From Nemertoderma westbladi (taxonomy: Eukaryota > Animalia > Xenacoelomorpha): a stretch of 46,756 nt of DNA. The stretch is from assembly GCA_032718475.1 (NCBI GenBank), contig JAUCBJ010008692.1, positions 1 to 46,756 of the forward strand. The letters run 5' to 3'. The position numbers and the translations under genes are program-made. Below are positions 1-11,200 of the stretch, one piece after another. The notes beneath the pieces are model-generated. The model worked only from the letters and a program-made list of their open reading frames with translations, was not told the origin of the DNA and made no database searches. The stretch's first letter is position 1. Every line of letters starts with the position of its first letter.

Positions 1-260
1 AGAGATTAATTATTAACGATCTATCGAATAATACAGTAGGTTTACACTGCAACCTTACACTGCAATAATAAAATTTAAGCATCCGAATTCAGCCTCCCGG
101 GTGTAGATCCATCGGGTGAATGATCGCGCATGGGCTGACTTCGGCTAATGTTTTGTGTATTAGCATAAATTGTTGTCGTATGCTAAAGGTGTTTTAATTA
201 ACTAAAAGACATATAAATTTTGGCAGGTTAAACTGCTAAAGGTCTTCAAAAGCGCGAACA
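1..260 (+). mobile_element. 3' end of an LTR from a BEL/Pao family related to element 1 (solo or 3' LTR, cut by window start)
   Basis: Aligns with the reverse complement of ~1099-1328 (shared GGGTGAATGATCGCGCA and GGTTAAACTGC..AAAGGTCT..AAGCGCGAACA); ends in CA at 260; clearly diverged; no PBS follows. Confidence 0.85.
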
Positions 261-630
261 GTTTTGTCCCGGCAAGTCGGTGACAGATTACCGACAGTAG
301 AGTACTTATTAACGAAATCGGATATTATATTCACGCTTATTCACCACTATGGTAACCCAGATGTGGCTCTCACTTCCGGGACCATGCTCCGTGGTGCATG
401 CCGTTTCGAATCTCTCGCAGAAGTTATTCTTCTATCAGATGCGTTCTATGGATTTTTCAACTTTATTGAGCCGTGTGTCTAGTTTGCGCATGTCTATGTC
501 TAGACTTCATTTATATACAGTAACTCTGGAAATGGACTGTTTATGTGGCCATTCATCGGTTAGGCTAGTGGGAAACCATCCAATTGCACGTCTATTTCAA
601 TGTAATTACTTAAAGTAACTAATGAATTGC

Positions 631-808
631 GGTTGGGTGCAACCTTCGCCCGCAAGGCAATCCTCGCCCAATAAGATTTGTGTTAGTAACCATTTTAGTT
701 ACCAATTCAGGGAAAGGAGCAGGTTACAGAGACGGTTTTTCTAATTGTTTAGTGGGCGAAGGTTGCTCGCGGGCGAAGTTTGCCTGCGGTCGAAGTTTGC
801 TGCGTACC
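631..808. repeat. MITE-like element with repeated inverted motifs
   Basis: GCAACCTTCGCCC (639-651) is the reverse complement of GGGCGAAGGTTGC (754-766); degenerate copies on both sides; ends GGT...ACC; no clear TSD. Confidence 0.45.
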
Positions 809-1098
809 TAAATGGCCTGTCCAAAATCTCGCCCTACAAGGGACCTGTAAATTCAAACTTCCAGAAACTAATTTTTGCTCGACCACAAATTATGACGTCA
901 TATAGAACTTCAGAAAAAAATTTAATTAATTGGCAAAGATCACCCACCGTAAAAAAGTAACATTTTAAGAATAAAAATCCTTATTTTTATAAAATACCGT
1001 ATGTTGTTTTCTTTAAAATATCCACTTTTGAATTTGAAGTTTAACTTATCAAATTTATAGGAAATTTGAAGTAAGTGAAGCCGGATTTCCAGAGTTTA

Positions 1099-2280
1099 TG
1101 TTCGCGCTTTTAGACCTTTGGCAGTTTAACCCGCCAAATTAGGATGTCTTCTAGATAATAAATCACCTTTAGTCTATGACAAGTATTTAATTCACTACAC
1201 TAGTCGAAACCAATCTGTGCGCGATCATTCACCCGCTGGATATACCCGGGAGATTGGGTTCGACGGCTTAATCTTATTGCTATGTAAGCCTAATGTATTA
1301 TTCGACTGACAGTATTATATAATCTCTGACAATATTATTCACCTTCGGGGAATATTAACAGTTCCTTTAGGACGTGGCGCTCTATCTATATAAACAGAGT
1401 TATGACTTAAACTACTCACAACGATATGGCTTAGTTATAATTCACATATATGGCGCATTCTTTAGGAAATGCTTCGTTATCAGTATCACTCATACACAAT
1501 GCTGCACAATACTGCACACTGATCTGCCGATCTTCACTGATTTTAGTTATATATAAAAGGAACACGGACTGACTCATGTAGGGTATATCAAATAACATTA
1601 GATTCACTTCAAATCACTTTAACATAAGTCACAATCGTTATATGTAACCTTTCTCTCTTACCTTCGGTATATCAAGAATATTGGGTTTCGGGGTTATTTA
1701 TCGTTATTCCAAATATAATAATTCATCAACCATATTATGAAGAACTGACAGTAAATAGCAGTATAACAATATAAAAGTATGCACAGTAATTCAGTGTGCG
1801 TTAAGTTCATTAGTTTGTTATGGATTGGTTTGCAATGGTTTGTTATGTTATGATAACGGATATATGCCCTTTATAATTAAGCCTACTAGTGTTAGACTAA
1901 AACAGAAAAACACAAAATATTTACAAGCCGTTCTCTCCTGGCTTAGGAAAGAAAGACCAACAACACTGAAAACTGTTAAGAATAACCTTATTTACAAAGG
2001 CTTCCACCCAACACAGAGAAAGAGCATAAAGATAGGAAAATTCAGTTCAGTAGACCTGTGATAGGTCGAAATCAAAATCAACTCAAATTCTATTGGGAGA
2101 TACTTTCCCAAGCTAGTTGGACAATCAAACGTAGCCCAGATCCCTTCGCACAGCGAATCAGCCAATCAGCCGGTAGCTTGTGCTATTCGAGTTATATATC
2201 CCTTTTTAGAGTATTCTAGCGACTGGGGGGGAACTGGTTAGCAAGGCAAACGAATCAGTTATTCCACAAAAGCTTTTACA
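1099..2280 (-). repeat. 3' LTR of element 1 (1182 bp)
   Basis: Direct repeat of 18402-19561, roughly 98% identical by eye plus one ~20-bp indel region; element sense TGTAAAAG...GCGCGAACA. Confidence 0.95.
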
Positions 2281-2288
2281 CCGCTCCC
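2281..2288 (-). promoter_or_regulatory. Polypurine tract of element 1
   Basis: Element-sense GGGAGCGG abuts the TG of the 3' LTR. Confidence 0.7.
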
Positions 2289-2358
2289 AGAAAATGGGAT
2301 TTAAGTCTATAAAATATACAAAATCACAATTTCTAATATACATAAATACTCTAAACAG

Positions 2359-3945
2359 TTAGTCTTTCTTGCGCGGACGGCGTTTACGCAGCTTTTTAAA
2401 GCTAGCAAGAGTCATTTTCTCTTTGGGGCGAGCCACTTTACGAGGAGGGCTGTAGCTCCTAGGCGAAGGGTGCAATATAATTGCATCAGAAGGTGCAGGG
2501 TTACGATCGGTATACCCGCCGGTCGAAGTACCTGGTTGATTAATATCAACCTCAGTGGAGTGAGGTCTAACGGCCTTTAGAGCGCGTCTCAGGACAGCAG
2601 CTCCTACGGGTCCTTGACGGGTCGTCTGGACACTAGCGGTGGGTGGACCGTGAGTAGTGAGGAACTTTCTCGGTTTAATGGTTCTCTCCAGCTCGCGTTC
2701 TCGGGTTCGATATTCATATGGTCGCCGAGATATTTCCTGTAGTTCAGGATGCGAGTTCACAAAGATGTCGCCATACTCAGGGTCCTGACGGATAAAATTG
2801 ATCAGGTGATATGTGGTTATATCATTAGGGTTAACGTTTCTAAGGTATTTCCTGACAAACTTGGTGGAAATACACTCACCAACACGCTTCATTAACTCGT
2901 AACTTGGTACGCGTGTTTTCTGTTCAATCGACGCGAATAGATAAGGATGGAATGCGTAAACTCCCTCGTAAGCTCGTCCAGGGTAATAGCGATGTCGGGA
3001 TTCGCAATGTAAATCGGCGTTCGCTTCCCAAGCTCGGATGTATCGCAGGGTGATCATCTCGTCTACGCTCTCTAAATCGCGATTAAAGGGACAATTGTAA
3101 CTTTCATGTCCTTTAAATTGACAGTAGTGACATTGAGTCATAAATTGTGGGCAGACGGCAAATATATGAGAGTTATTAAGCCGGCAATAAGCACAATATA
3201 TTTCCATCATCGGTTGTTCGAGGAAATAGGAACAAGGTACGCTCGAGTCTAGAGGAGTGAAGTGGTCTCTCGATGCGCATAATCGACAACGTTTTCGAGA
3301 AACGTAGTTGGCGTGTCGATAATCGTACGCTGTGAGACGCTGTGGACCTTGATACCACTCTATGACATAATCATTGTCACTGCTCCGGGAAGTTGTAGGC
3401 TGAATCGCTTCTGATTCTAAGCACACTGGTTCATCCTCCAGTTGTATAGACGAAGTGGGTGCGTCTGTCTCAGTAAGTTGATCCACTGTCTGTATTTCCA
3501 CGACAGAATAACCTGTAGGTATTCGGGGTCTTTGTATAACAGATGAATGTGAGTTCTGTATACAAACGTCTTGAAACACGGCAAATCCAGCGCTACTCAG
3601 TTTCTCCGCAGCCGAGTCTCTCAGACTGAGTTTGGTCAGCGCGCGGTCCTTGAACTGACTATCGACGTTACGGAACGGAGTCAGAAAGCGCCGGAAACAT
3701 TCGAAACGTATGAACTTATTATGTTCGTCTAACTTGGCGAGTTTAGTTCCAAGTATTAACGGGTGAGCGCGTATGGTACGACTGCACCATGCGACGGACA
3801 AGATCCGCTCTATTGTCCGGAGGCTCAACAAGTACGCCATCGACACGAGCAGCCTCGACGGGTGGACGTTGTAGCATGGGAGCGTCAGCAACGAGCTCTT
3901 GAGATCTGAGATCGGTGTTAACCGGTTGAGGCTGTACCGTAGCAA
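2359..3945 (-). CDS. Accessory ORF4 of element 1: triple CCHC-type zinc-knuckle protein with basic C-terminus; probably the C-terminal half of ORF3
   Basis: 528-codon open frame with CRLC..H..C, CAYC..H..C, CHYCQFKGHESYNC; ends KKLRKRRPRKKD; overlaps ORF3 in the +1 frame. Confidence 0.8.
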   Translation of the reverse strand: MLRYSLNRLTPISDLKSSLLTLPCYNVHPSRLLVSMAYLLSLRTIERILSVAWCSRTIRAHPLILGTKLAKLDEHNKFIRFECFRRFLTPFRNVDSQFKDRALTKLSLRDSAAEKLSSAGFAVFQDVCIQNSHSSVIQRPRIPTGYSVVEIQTVDQLTETDAPTSSIQLEDEPVCLESEAIQPTTSRSSDNDYVIEWYQGPQRLTAYDYRHANYVSRKRCRLCASRDHFTPLDSSVPCSYFLEQPMMEIYCAYCRLNNSHIFAVCPQFMTQCHYCQFKGHESYNCPFNRDLESVDEMITLRYIRAWEANADLHCESRHRYYPGRAYEGVYAFHPYLFASIEQKTRVPSYELMKRVGECISTKFVRKYLRNVNPNDITTYHLINFIRQDPEYGDIFVNSHPELQEISRRPYEYRTRERELERTIKPRKFLTTHGPPTASVQTTRQGPVGAAVLRRALKAVRPHSTEVDINQPGTSTGGYTDRNPAPSDAIILHPSPRSYSPPRKVARPKEKMTLASFKKLRKRRPRKKD

Positions 3946-5425
3946 AGAGCTTGTCTTTAAAATGAGGAACCATCGAGGGGTGGAGAATCGTTTTGGAATA
4001 GAGATCCGTCACGAGAATTTGAGCTTCTGGTTGGGCTAAAGCTGCTTCTTCCCTCTCAGTCAGCTCTATATGTCTCTCCTCGAGCTGATTTTCCTCCGCT
4101 TGTTGTTGCAAGCGCTCGTCCAGGAATTCCTGTAAAGAGTAGGTTCGTCCACGTTCGATGTCCTCCTCTAGATTTTGTATTTCTCTATCGAACTGGGGTA
4201 AAGCTAGTTCTTTCACCGCTTGGACTTGTTGTTGCAATTTACGTTTCTCCAAGCAATCGTAAGTTCCTTTTCCGATTTTCTGCCGAATAGCGTCCAATGC
4301 ATTTCGTATCACGCTCTCTTCGACTTCTGTAACAGGTTGGATCGGAGGAAGGCCAGGACGGTTGTAGGGGTTAAACGGTGATATTAGATGACCGCGTCCT
4401 AGTCCAGCAAGGTAAGGTTGGCGAATATCCAACGAACCCACTACCGGAGTGCCACCAATCAACTGTTCAGGTAACACTAGATCTTTGAACAGTGAGTACA
4501 GTTCGGGAGGATCCGTAATACTATTAGGATCTAGAGTTTGAGGTATCACTTGGGAATGGGGAGGTCTGACCGAGTATTCCGGAACTCTGATCATGGGTTT
4601 ATTCAATGATCGCTTAAGGCGCGCGACCGTAGGTGATACGTCGAAAAGGTTACGCTCGAAACTCCCATAAGTATATCGCGTAAAACTGTGTTTAGCGCAA
4701 CGTCTCCGCGGATGTTTATGCCTTTCGATTTGCTGGTTAGGTCTAGGGCATTCGTCACAGTAATACCAAAGACGCACGTCTTGAAGGGGAAACGCGGGTG
4801 ATCGCTCTCCAGTTTTACAATATTCCTCCATCTGTTCGAAGCTATCTGGAACGACAGGTAGTGGTCGATCGGCGGTAAGATACATCATCGTAAAATAGAG
4901 CCGTTTGAGTTCCATTATAGGATCTGGATGTATACCTTGGGGATATCGAGTTTCGAGGTTTTGTTGACTGGCAACATTGAGATAGGTCTCTCGTAAGAAT
5001 TCTAGATAATCGTTGAAACCGTTACGTTTATCAGGTTCTTCAACGTCTTCTCTTTCGAGTTTGTTTCGAATAGAGTTCTCGTGTTCTATTCTCGATTTAT
5101 CGTTTCGACTCCGCTGGGTATGATATTTAAATAAAACCATTTCCCTTTCGGTGTCTACATCGTCGGTGTCGTGTAAATCAATAGGATGACCAGTGGTCAA
5201 GAAGTCCATATACGTACCATTACGATGCGTGTAGCGAGCAGTGAACTTTCTATAATCCAATTCACGCGTAAGTTGCTCCTGGGACATTGGCGGTTCGATA
5301 TAACGACCATCGTCCTCCGTAGTAGTTGGATCAGCGTCGCCGCGTATCAAGCTATCGACAAACGCTTGTAAAGGTAGAGTATATCTCTCCCTGATACCAA
5401 GATCATCTTCTATTAATTCAGTCAT
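3743..5425 (-). CDS. Accessory ORF3 of element 1, function unknown
   Basis: 560-aa ATG-initiated ORF; acceptor-like TTGTATAGCAG ends 2 nt before the ATG; Cys/His cluster CDEC..HKH..C..H; Gln/Glu-rich coiled-coil-like stretch; no signal peptide or TM segment seen. Confidence 0.8.
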   Translation of the reverse strand: MTELIEDDLGIRERYTLPLQAFVDSLIRGDADPTTTEDDGRYIEPPMSQEQLTRELDYRKFTARYTHRNGTYMDFLTTGHPIDLHDTDDVDTEREMVLFKYHTQRSRNDKSRIEHENSIRNKLEREDVEEPDKRNGFNDYLEFLRETYLNVASQQNLETRYPQGIHPDPIMELKRLYFTMMYLTADRPLPVVPDSFEQMEEYCKTGERSPAFPLQDVRLWYYCDECPRPNQQIERHKHPRRRCAKHSFTRYTYGSFERNLFDVSPTVARLKRSLNKPMIRVPEYSVRPPHSQVIPQTLDPNSITDPPELYSLFKDLVLPEQLIGGTPVVGSLDIRQPYLAGLGRGHLISPFNPYNRPGLPPIQPVTEVEESVIRNALDAIRQKIGKGTYDCLEKRKLQQQVQAVKELALPQFDREIQNLEEDIERGRTYSLQEFLDERLQQQAEENQLEERHIELTEREEAALAQPEAQILVTDLYSKTILHPSMVPHFKDKLFATVQPQPVNTDLRSQELVADAPMLQRPPVEAARVDGVLVEPPDNRADLVRRMVQSYHTRSPVNTWN

Positions 5426-6240
5426 ATCTGCTATACAAGTTCACCAATATTATAATGAGTTTATATATCGTTAGGCGAGCGGGCGTCGCTGCCTATTTCT
5501 CCCTTGCCCCCGGACAGTATGAGATTCTCAGCGCCGATGTACCGCTGTAGCTGTACTTTCGCCAACGACGTAGCCGTACAACGACAACGATAACCGGCAC
5601 AAGTCACTCCACTGTCCGTCCCAAAGGCTTAGATGTACTTCAGGTATTCCTTGGAGAGTTAGGTTACTTTTACGATTGCGACTAGCTACTGTAAACACAC
5701 TTTAGCAGTAACATTCACCTATAAACTCACAAATACCACACAACTGGTCACAACTACGCACATTCGGGCCATTTGTCCGTTAGTCAATGCCTTCCAGAAT
5801 GTCACTGTATTATTATGTATCCTTGGATACTAGTAGTGCGCTATTTATTCCCTATGCTATTCAATGGGACAAGCTTTCTATTGTTCTTTTAACTCAATTC
5901 TAATTCTAGCGTGGTTGTTGCTATGGTGACATTATGCAAAGCTAGCGGTAGAATTAGGGTAATTCCAATGCATACAGATCTGGGATGTTATTTAATAGTA
6001 ATTCTTTAATAGTCAATGTCCTGTTTTATACATGACTTTATGAATTTTATCGGCTATTGACTATGTTTGGGAGACTTTCGCACACTCATATGCATAATAA
6101 GATAAATCTCCGCTCCCTTGATCTATTAATTAATGGAATTTTGGGAATGTTATAAATTGCGTAAAAATGGCAATTTATTAAATTCATTAAAAGGCATGAA
6201 TTTAAATTTATTCCCTGAAATTTTATTATTTGATAATTAA

Positions 6241-6560
6241 ATGGACATATTTTGATTCTAGAACATGTCTAGGGACACAAGATCCTTAATTCTATGACAA
6301 TTGTCTCTTTAAGAATATCGGTAAATGCTACGATATCTTAATTGACTAGAATTGTTGAAGGATCTGAATTTTACAGATTTTGATTTATTAGATTTGCAAA
6401 TATTAAATAATTAATATTTGAGATGGGCACCGATTTATTCCAGAACTTGTCTGGGGACGTTAACCACTGATTCTAGAATTTGTCTTTCAAGTATATCGGT
6501 GGGTGCCGCGATATCTTAATCGACTAGAATTACAGATGGTCAAAGGGTTTAACAGATTTA
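6241..6560. repeat. Diverged ~140-bp direct repeat (2 copies) with preserved inverted repeats
   Basis: ~6241-6380 vs ~6423-6560 share ATATCGGT, CGATATCTTAAT, GACTAGAATT and ACAGATTT in the same order. Confidence 0.7.
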
Positions 6561-8237
6561 TTTTGCGTTATACGCTACTGTTAAAGGGACATCACGCTAC
6601 TATATGTATTATTTAATATACGGTATGAGAGCAATATCGCACGAAGCAATGTCAGTGTGAAGAGGCAAGTCGTTTCCAAGGTCTACCCAGAGCTTGGTTT
6701 AGCCGAGACACGAGGATCTGAACTTTGCATTCCTAATACTCTGCCTACCAATAATACTTAAATATAGTAGTGGCTTTATTGTACTTTAATAAGTACGGAC
6801 ATTTCATCTTACTGTAGTTACGTATTTATAATATAATACGGACAGTAAGGAAAGAGAAAAATAATTATTTCTTCGCCGTCGCACTAAATATAATATAAGT
6901 AATTACGTACGTAATAAACACGAATATATTGCACTATTCTACAAAATAATCGCTAAATAATATTCTACTAAATTAAATAAAACGATTATAATAAAATTAC
7001 ATAGTAATACATACATAAATATAAAAATAATAAAATAATATAAAATAATAGAGTCACACGCCCACTCCGAACGATATTAAGTTGGGGAGTCCCTAGATGT
7101 CGGTTGGATTAGGGAAGTGGTCGTGGGAAGAGTTTCTTGCCTTCCATAGTTTCCGGAGAGCTCTCTGTCTCTTTCCAGTAAACATAACGCTTGCGTCCTT
7201 CTGGGCTCCTCTCTGATGACTCCGAGGCGCACCCATGAGGCGGACGCTGTCCCACCACCCCTGGGGCCAGTCCGACTCCGTTTTTATCAGACTGGGCCGG
7301 AGGGTAGCCCGATGCTTCCCGGGTTCAATTTTCAATCCCCCGATCACACCGGCACAGCTCGTCGATGTAGCCGATCCAGCTCCAATGATCGCCTACTGTT
7401 AACTTACTGTGGCCTGACTGTACATTGAGCCAACTCAGAGAGTCAACCGGCGGGTGGACCAGTCGATAGCGATCGAGCATCAAGGTCGCCCTTGAGCCAA
7501 ACCGACGGTCTTGTCCCAAGTGGGCTTGCGCTACCCAACATGGAATATTGACCGTTTTCACCCGCCTCGCCGGCAGTATTTGGAAAAGGCAATACTGTCT
7601 GTAGCTAAAAAGCTACTGAACAAGTCACCACTTACCAGTCACTGTACACGTGTACTCAACAGATGTTCGATAATCAAGTACACAAAAGGTAAACACAAAA
7701 TCGGACACATACCATGCACACACAGAGGACATAATCGGGAAAGACCAAATCGGTGACAAAATCAGAGGGGACAAAATTGTATCGACTAATAAAAGAGTCG
7801 AGAGTACCTTATTTTGCCGTCAGGGCAAAATAACTTTGTGTGCACAAAGTATGCTGGGGCGCAGTAAAGATATGGTCCTACTAATACCAGCGGCGACTAA
7901 ACCAACCGGCAAGGGTTCCCATACTCACTCGCAGTGGCCATACATACACTCACATATACCACGTACCCACAGCAACAGAAAGCTCAAGCAAACTGCCACT
8001 GATCGTCCACACACAAACCACAGATCACACTATGCCACCACCCCTACTGTGTACAGGACTGGCAGTACGGCAACAGGCCGACTAGACGGTACCACGGCAC
8101 CATGTCAATTCATGGTTCGCTAGACACGAGGGCCTTCAGTATCTCCCTTGCACTTATCGCCCCATTTTAACGTGCCCCCGGACTCTCACGAGTCCGCCGC
8201 CGCCTGCTGAACGCACCCCTATAGAGACCTCACCTCT

Positions 8238-11200
8238 TTAGGTACGTCCCACTGGGCGATTGAGCTGTTGAGTCTCAAAGACTATCCCTGGTTTCTTAAA
8301 GTTCCGCCGCATGACGACGAGCTCTACTGATCGCACCAAACCATCGCTCGAGATATGAGTCTCGATGATACGTCCTGTTTGCCATCGCTTACGTGGGAGA
8401 TCGGGGTCCACAATAAGCACCATGTCTCCAGCGCTGACGTTTTCTTGCTGCGCAAACCACTTAGTTCGAAGTTGTAGAGTGGGCAGGTAATGTTTCTCGA
8501 AATGGTCAGCGAAACGACGGGATAGCAACTGCATAAGTTGCCAGGTTCGACGGCAGTACTCGTCTCCGTCTGTGATCTCCGATCGTGGGAGCATGGCTAC
8601 GGGTTTCTTCAGTAGAAAGTGCGCGGGTGTTAGCGCTTCCAGGGAATCAGGATTTGAAGAGACTGGCATAAGCGGTCTTTCGTTGAGATAGGCGGCGATT
8701 TCCTCCATTAACGTCCGCAATAGTTCGTCGGTGAGATAAGCGCGACAAGGCACAATAAAGTGGAACGCAGTCTTCACGCTCCTAATCAATCTCTCCCAAC
8801 TTCCTCCCCACCAAGGGGCGTCGGCGGCGTTGAAGGTCCAGCTAGACGCTGTTATCCTTAGCTGATCGTCCACCTGTCTTTTGTTCCAGTCCTTTACGTA
8901 AGCTTGAATTTCGTTGTTGGCGCCAATGAAGTTCGTTCCCTTATCCGATCTCATCGTGTTACTGGTTCCGAAGCGAGCGATCTGTCGTCGTAAACTCAAC
9001 ACGAAGCTGTTGGTGGATAGATCGTTTACCATATCGAGATGGATAGCTCTACAAGTCATACAAACGAAGATGACACACCATCTCTTGACTATAGTCCGGG
9101 CACGATATACTTCAATAGGGCCAAATAAATCCACACCGGTATTAGTAAAGGGTGGTTCATAGAAGCTTACTCTTTCCCTAGGTAATTCTGCCTCTCGCTG
9201 TGTTAAAGGCCTACTGAATGCTTTCCTACAGGGTATGCAGTTCCTAAGAACTTGGTTCAGAGCCCTACGGGGTTTATAAAAATAGTAGCGAGTTCGAATT
9301 TCGCTCAGAACTCGTTCTCTACCAGCATGGTACAGTTTGCTATGAACATCTACAATTATCTTGATTTGTATGTCAAGATTTCTAATGAGTATGGGAAACT
9401 TAGTGTCAAAGGATAATGGGGCGTTGGTAAGCCTGCCTCCAACACGTATTAACCCATCTATCATGGTACTAGAGAAGCGATCCCTTAAGCGCATCTGTGG
9501 ATTTCTTAACAACAGGAAATACTTATCGGAATCCTCATAGCATTGTAGGAGTCTCAGCATCTGTTTGTTGGTTTCATCATGCTCCTGGTAACTGATCTTC
9601 TCCTTTAGAAACCTGTCGGATATCTTGTATTGGGGAAGATCTTTAACAACATGGACTCGTGCAGATGTTGATGGAGCATCATCACTATTGGTCTTTGTCC
9701 CGGAGTAACGATGATGAAAACATCGTTTCAGATAGGTGACAGCTTTACAGAGCCGATTCCAGGAACTGTAGTGACGTATCGCTCTCTGCAAGAGAGGTGA
9801 GAGTCCTTGCGAAATATCTGGTATTCCAGATTTCCAATCCTTGTCACGGATTTCCAAGACTTCTTTAGTCGTGGCGGTGGGTTTCTGATCCAAAGCATCC
9901 TCTCCGGAAGTAAATAATACAGATAGATCAACCGCAGGTTTAAACAACTTCGATTTACTCGCTCGAGTTTTGGGTTTAACTTTCTCCGCTCCCTTGGCCT
10001 GTCTGATCTCTGCTGTTGTGAGATGGGGAGGCCATTCTTCTTCTTCCCTGTAGAGAAAGTCGGGTCCTCCTAACCATTCGGGAGTATTTACCAATTCCTT
10101 TGGAGTCGCTCCTCGGGACGCGATGTCTGCTGGATTAATCGTTCCGGGGCAATGTCTCCATTGGTCCATCGTCGTGCGACTAAGTATGATGGCTACCCTG
10201 TTGGTAACGAAGACGCTGAACTGACAGACTTCATTGGTTATATACTCTAACACGAGTAAAGCGTCGGTCCAATAGACAGTTTTCTCTAATGGATAGTCAA
10301 TCTGTTCGGTTACATTCCGGCCGATGGCTGTAGCGTATAGAGCCGCTTTTAACTCCGCTCGAGGAACTTTCAACTTGTTGTTGATTAATGCCTTAGAAGT
10401 AACCAAGGCGACTTTGATTCCATCCGGAGTTTCCACTCTTAGATAGGCTACTATACCTATTCCCATATCGCTGGCGTCTCCAAACACATGGAGTTGATAG
10501 GAATACGTAGGGAGAACATGACCAAAATATGAACGGGAAATTATAAAATCCTCGATAGCTGGCAGAGAATCTTCCCATTTCATCCACTGCTTCAATAATT
10601 CCCCCTTAAGTGGATCGTCCCATGAGTGGTTTTCAAGCCACATTTGTTGTACCAAACTACGAGCAATCAATATAACTGGGCTAATAAATCCCAATGGATC
10701 GAAATAAGTGCTCAGTATACTTAAGCAAATCCGTTTGGTTCGAACTGGATTATCTCGCTGTTTTAGCTGGAAAAACAGGATATCTCGCTCTGTGTCCCAT
10801 TTCAAGCCGAGTGTCTTGGTTTCTGGCAGATCATCTTTGATCAAATCGAGATCTTTCGCTCCTCGATCTTCCGCAGGGATCGACTCCAGAAACTCACGGG
10901 AGTTGCTGGTGAATTTCGTTAATCGAAACCCACCTCTTTTTAAGCACTCTACCGTTCCTTTAGCGACCTCAATGGCTTCCTCAACTGATGGAAGGGACTT
11001 CAGATTGTCGTCCATATATATGTCTCTCTTGATGTTGTCGATCACTTCCTTAGAGAATGCCTCTCGGTTGTCCTCTGCAGTGGTACGCACTACCGAACAG
11101 GCGTTGGAAGGGCTTGAGATTATCCCGAAGGCCTGGATGGTCATCCAGTACTCCACCGGTTTCTGGTTGAGATCTCCTTCGGGCCACCACAGAAATCGTA

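Noticed and set aside
115-260. TGAATGA-stem-GAAC in the LTR as a hammerhead variant
   Set aside because: Core differs from CUGANGA/GAAA and the topology is pseudoknot-like; kept only as an unclassified structure.
261-265. GTTTT after the LTR at 260 equals the element-sense 5' flank of element 1, suggesting one inverted element
   Set aside because: The two LTRs are too diverged to be one insertion, and the sequence after 260 does not continue the RTE frame.
1374-2061. Short + strand ORFs in the LTRs (also 18677-19342)
   Set aside because: Recur only because the LTR is duplicated; non-ATG starts and no motifs.
2359-5425. env gene
   Set aside because: No signal peptide, furin site or transmembrane anchor seen; has zinc knuckles and a basic tail instead.
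7210-7260. CTGATGA as a hammerhead ribozyme core
   Set aside because: No stem II followed by GAAA and no closing stems.
7093-7561. Two small minus-strand ORFs in the pol-to-ORF3 spacer as a further accessory gene
   Set aside because: Under 90 aa each, different frames, no recognisable motif; cannot be supported without other copies.
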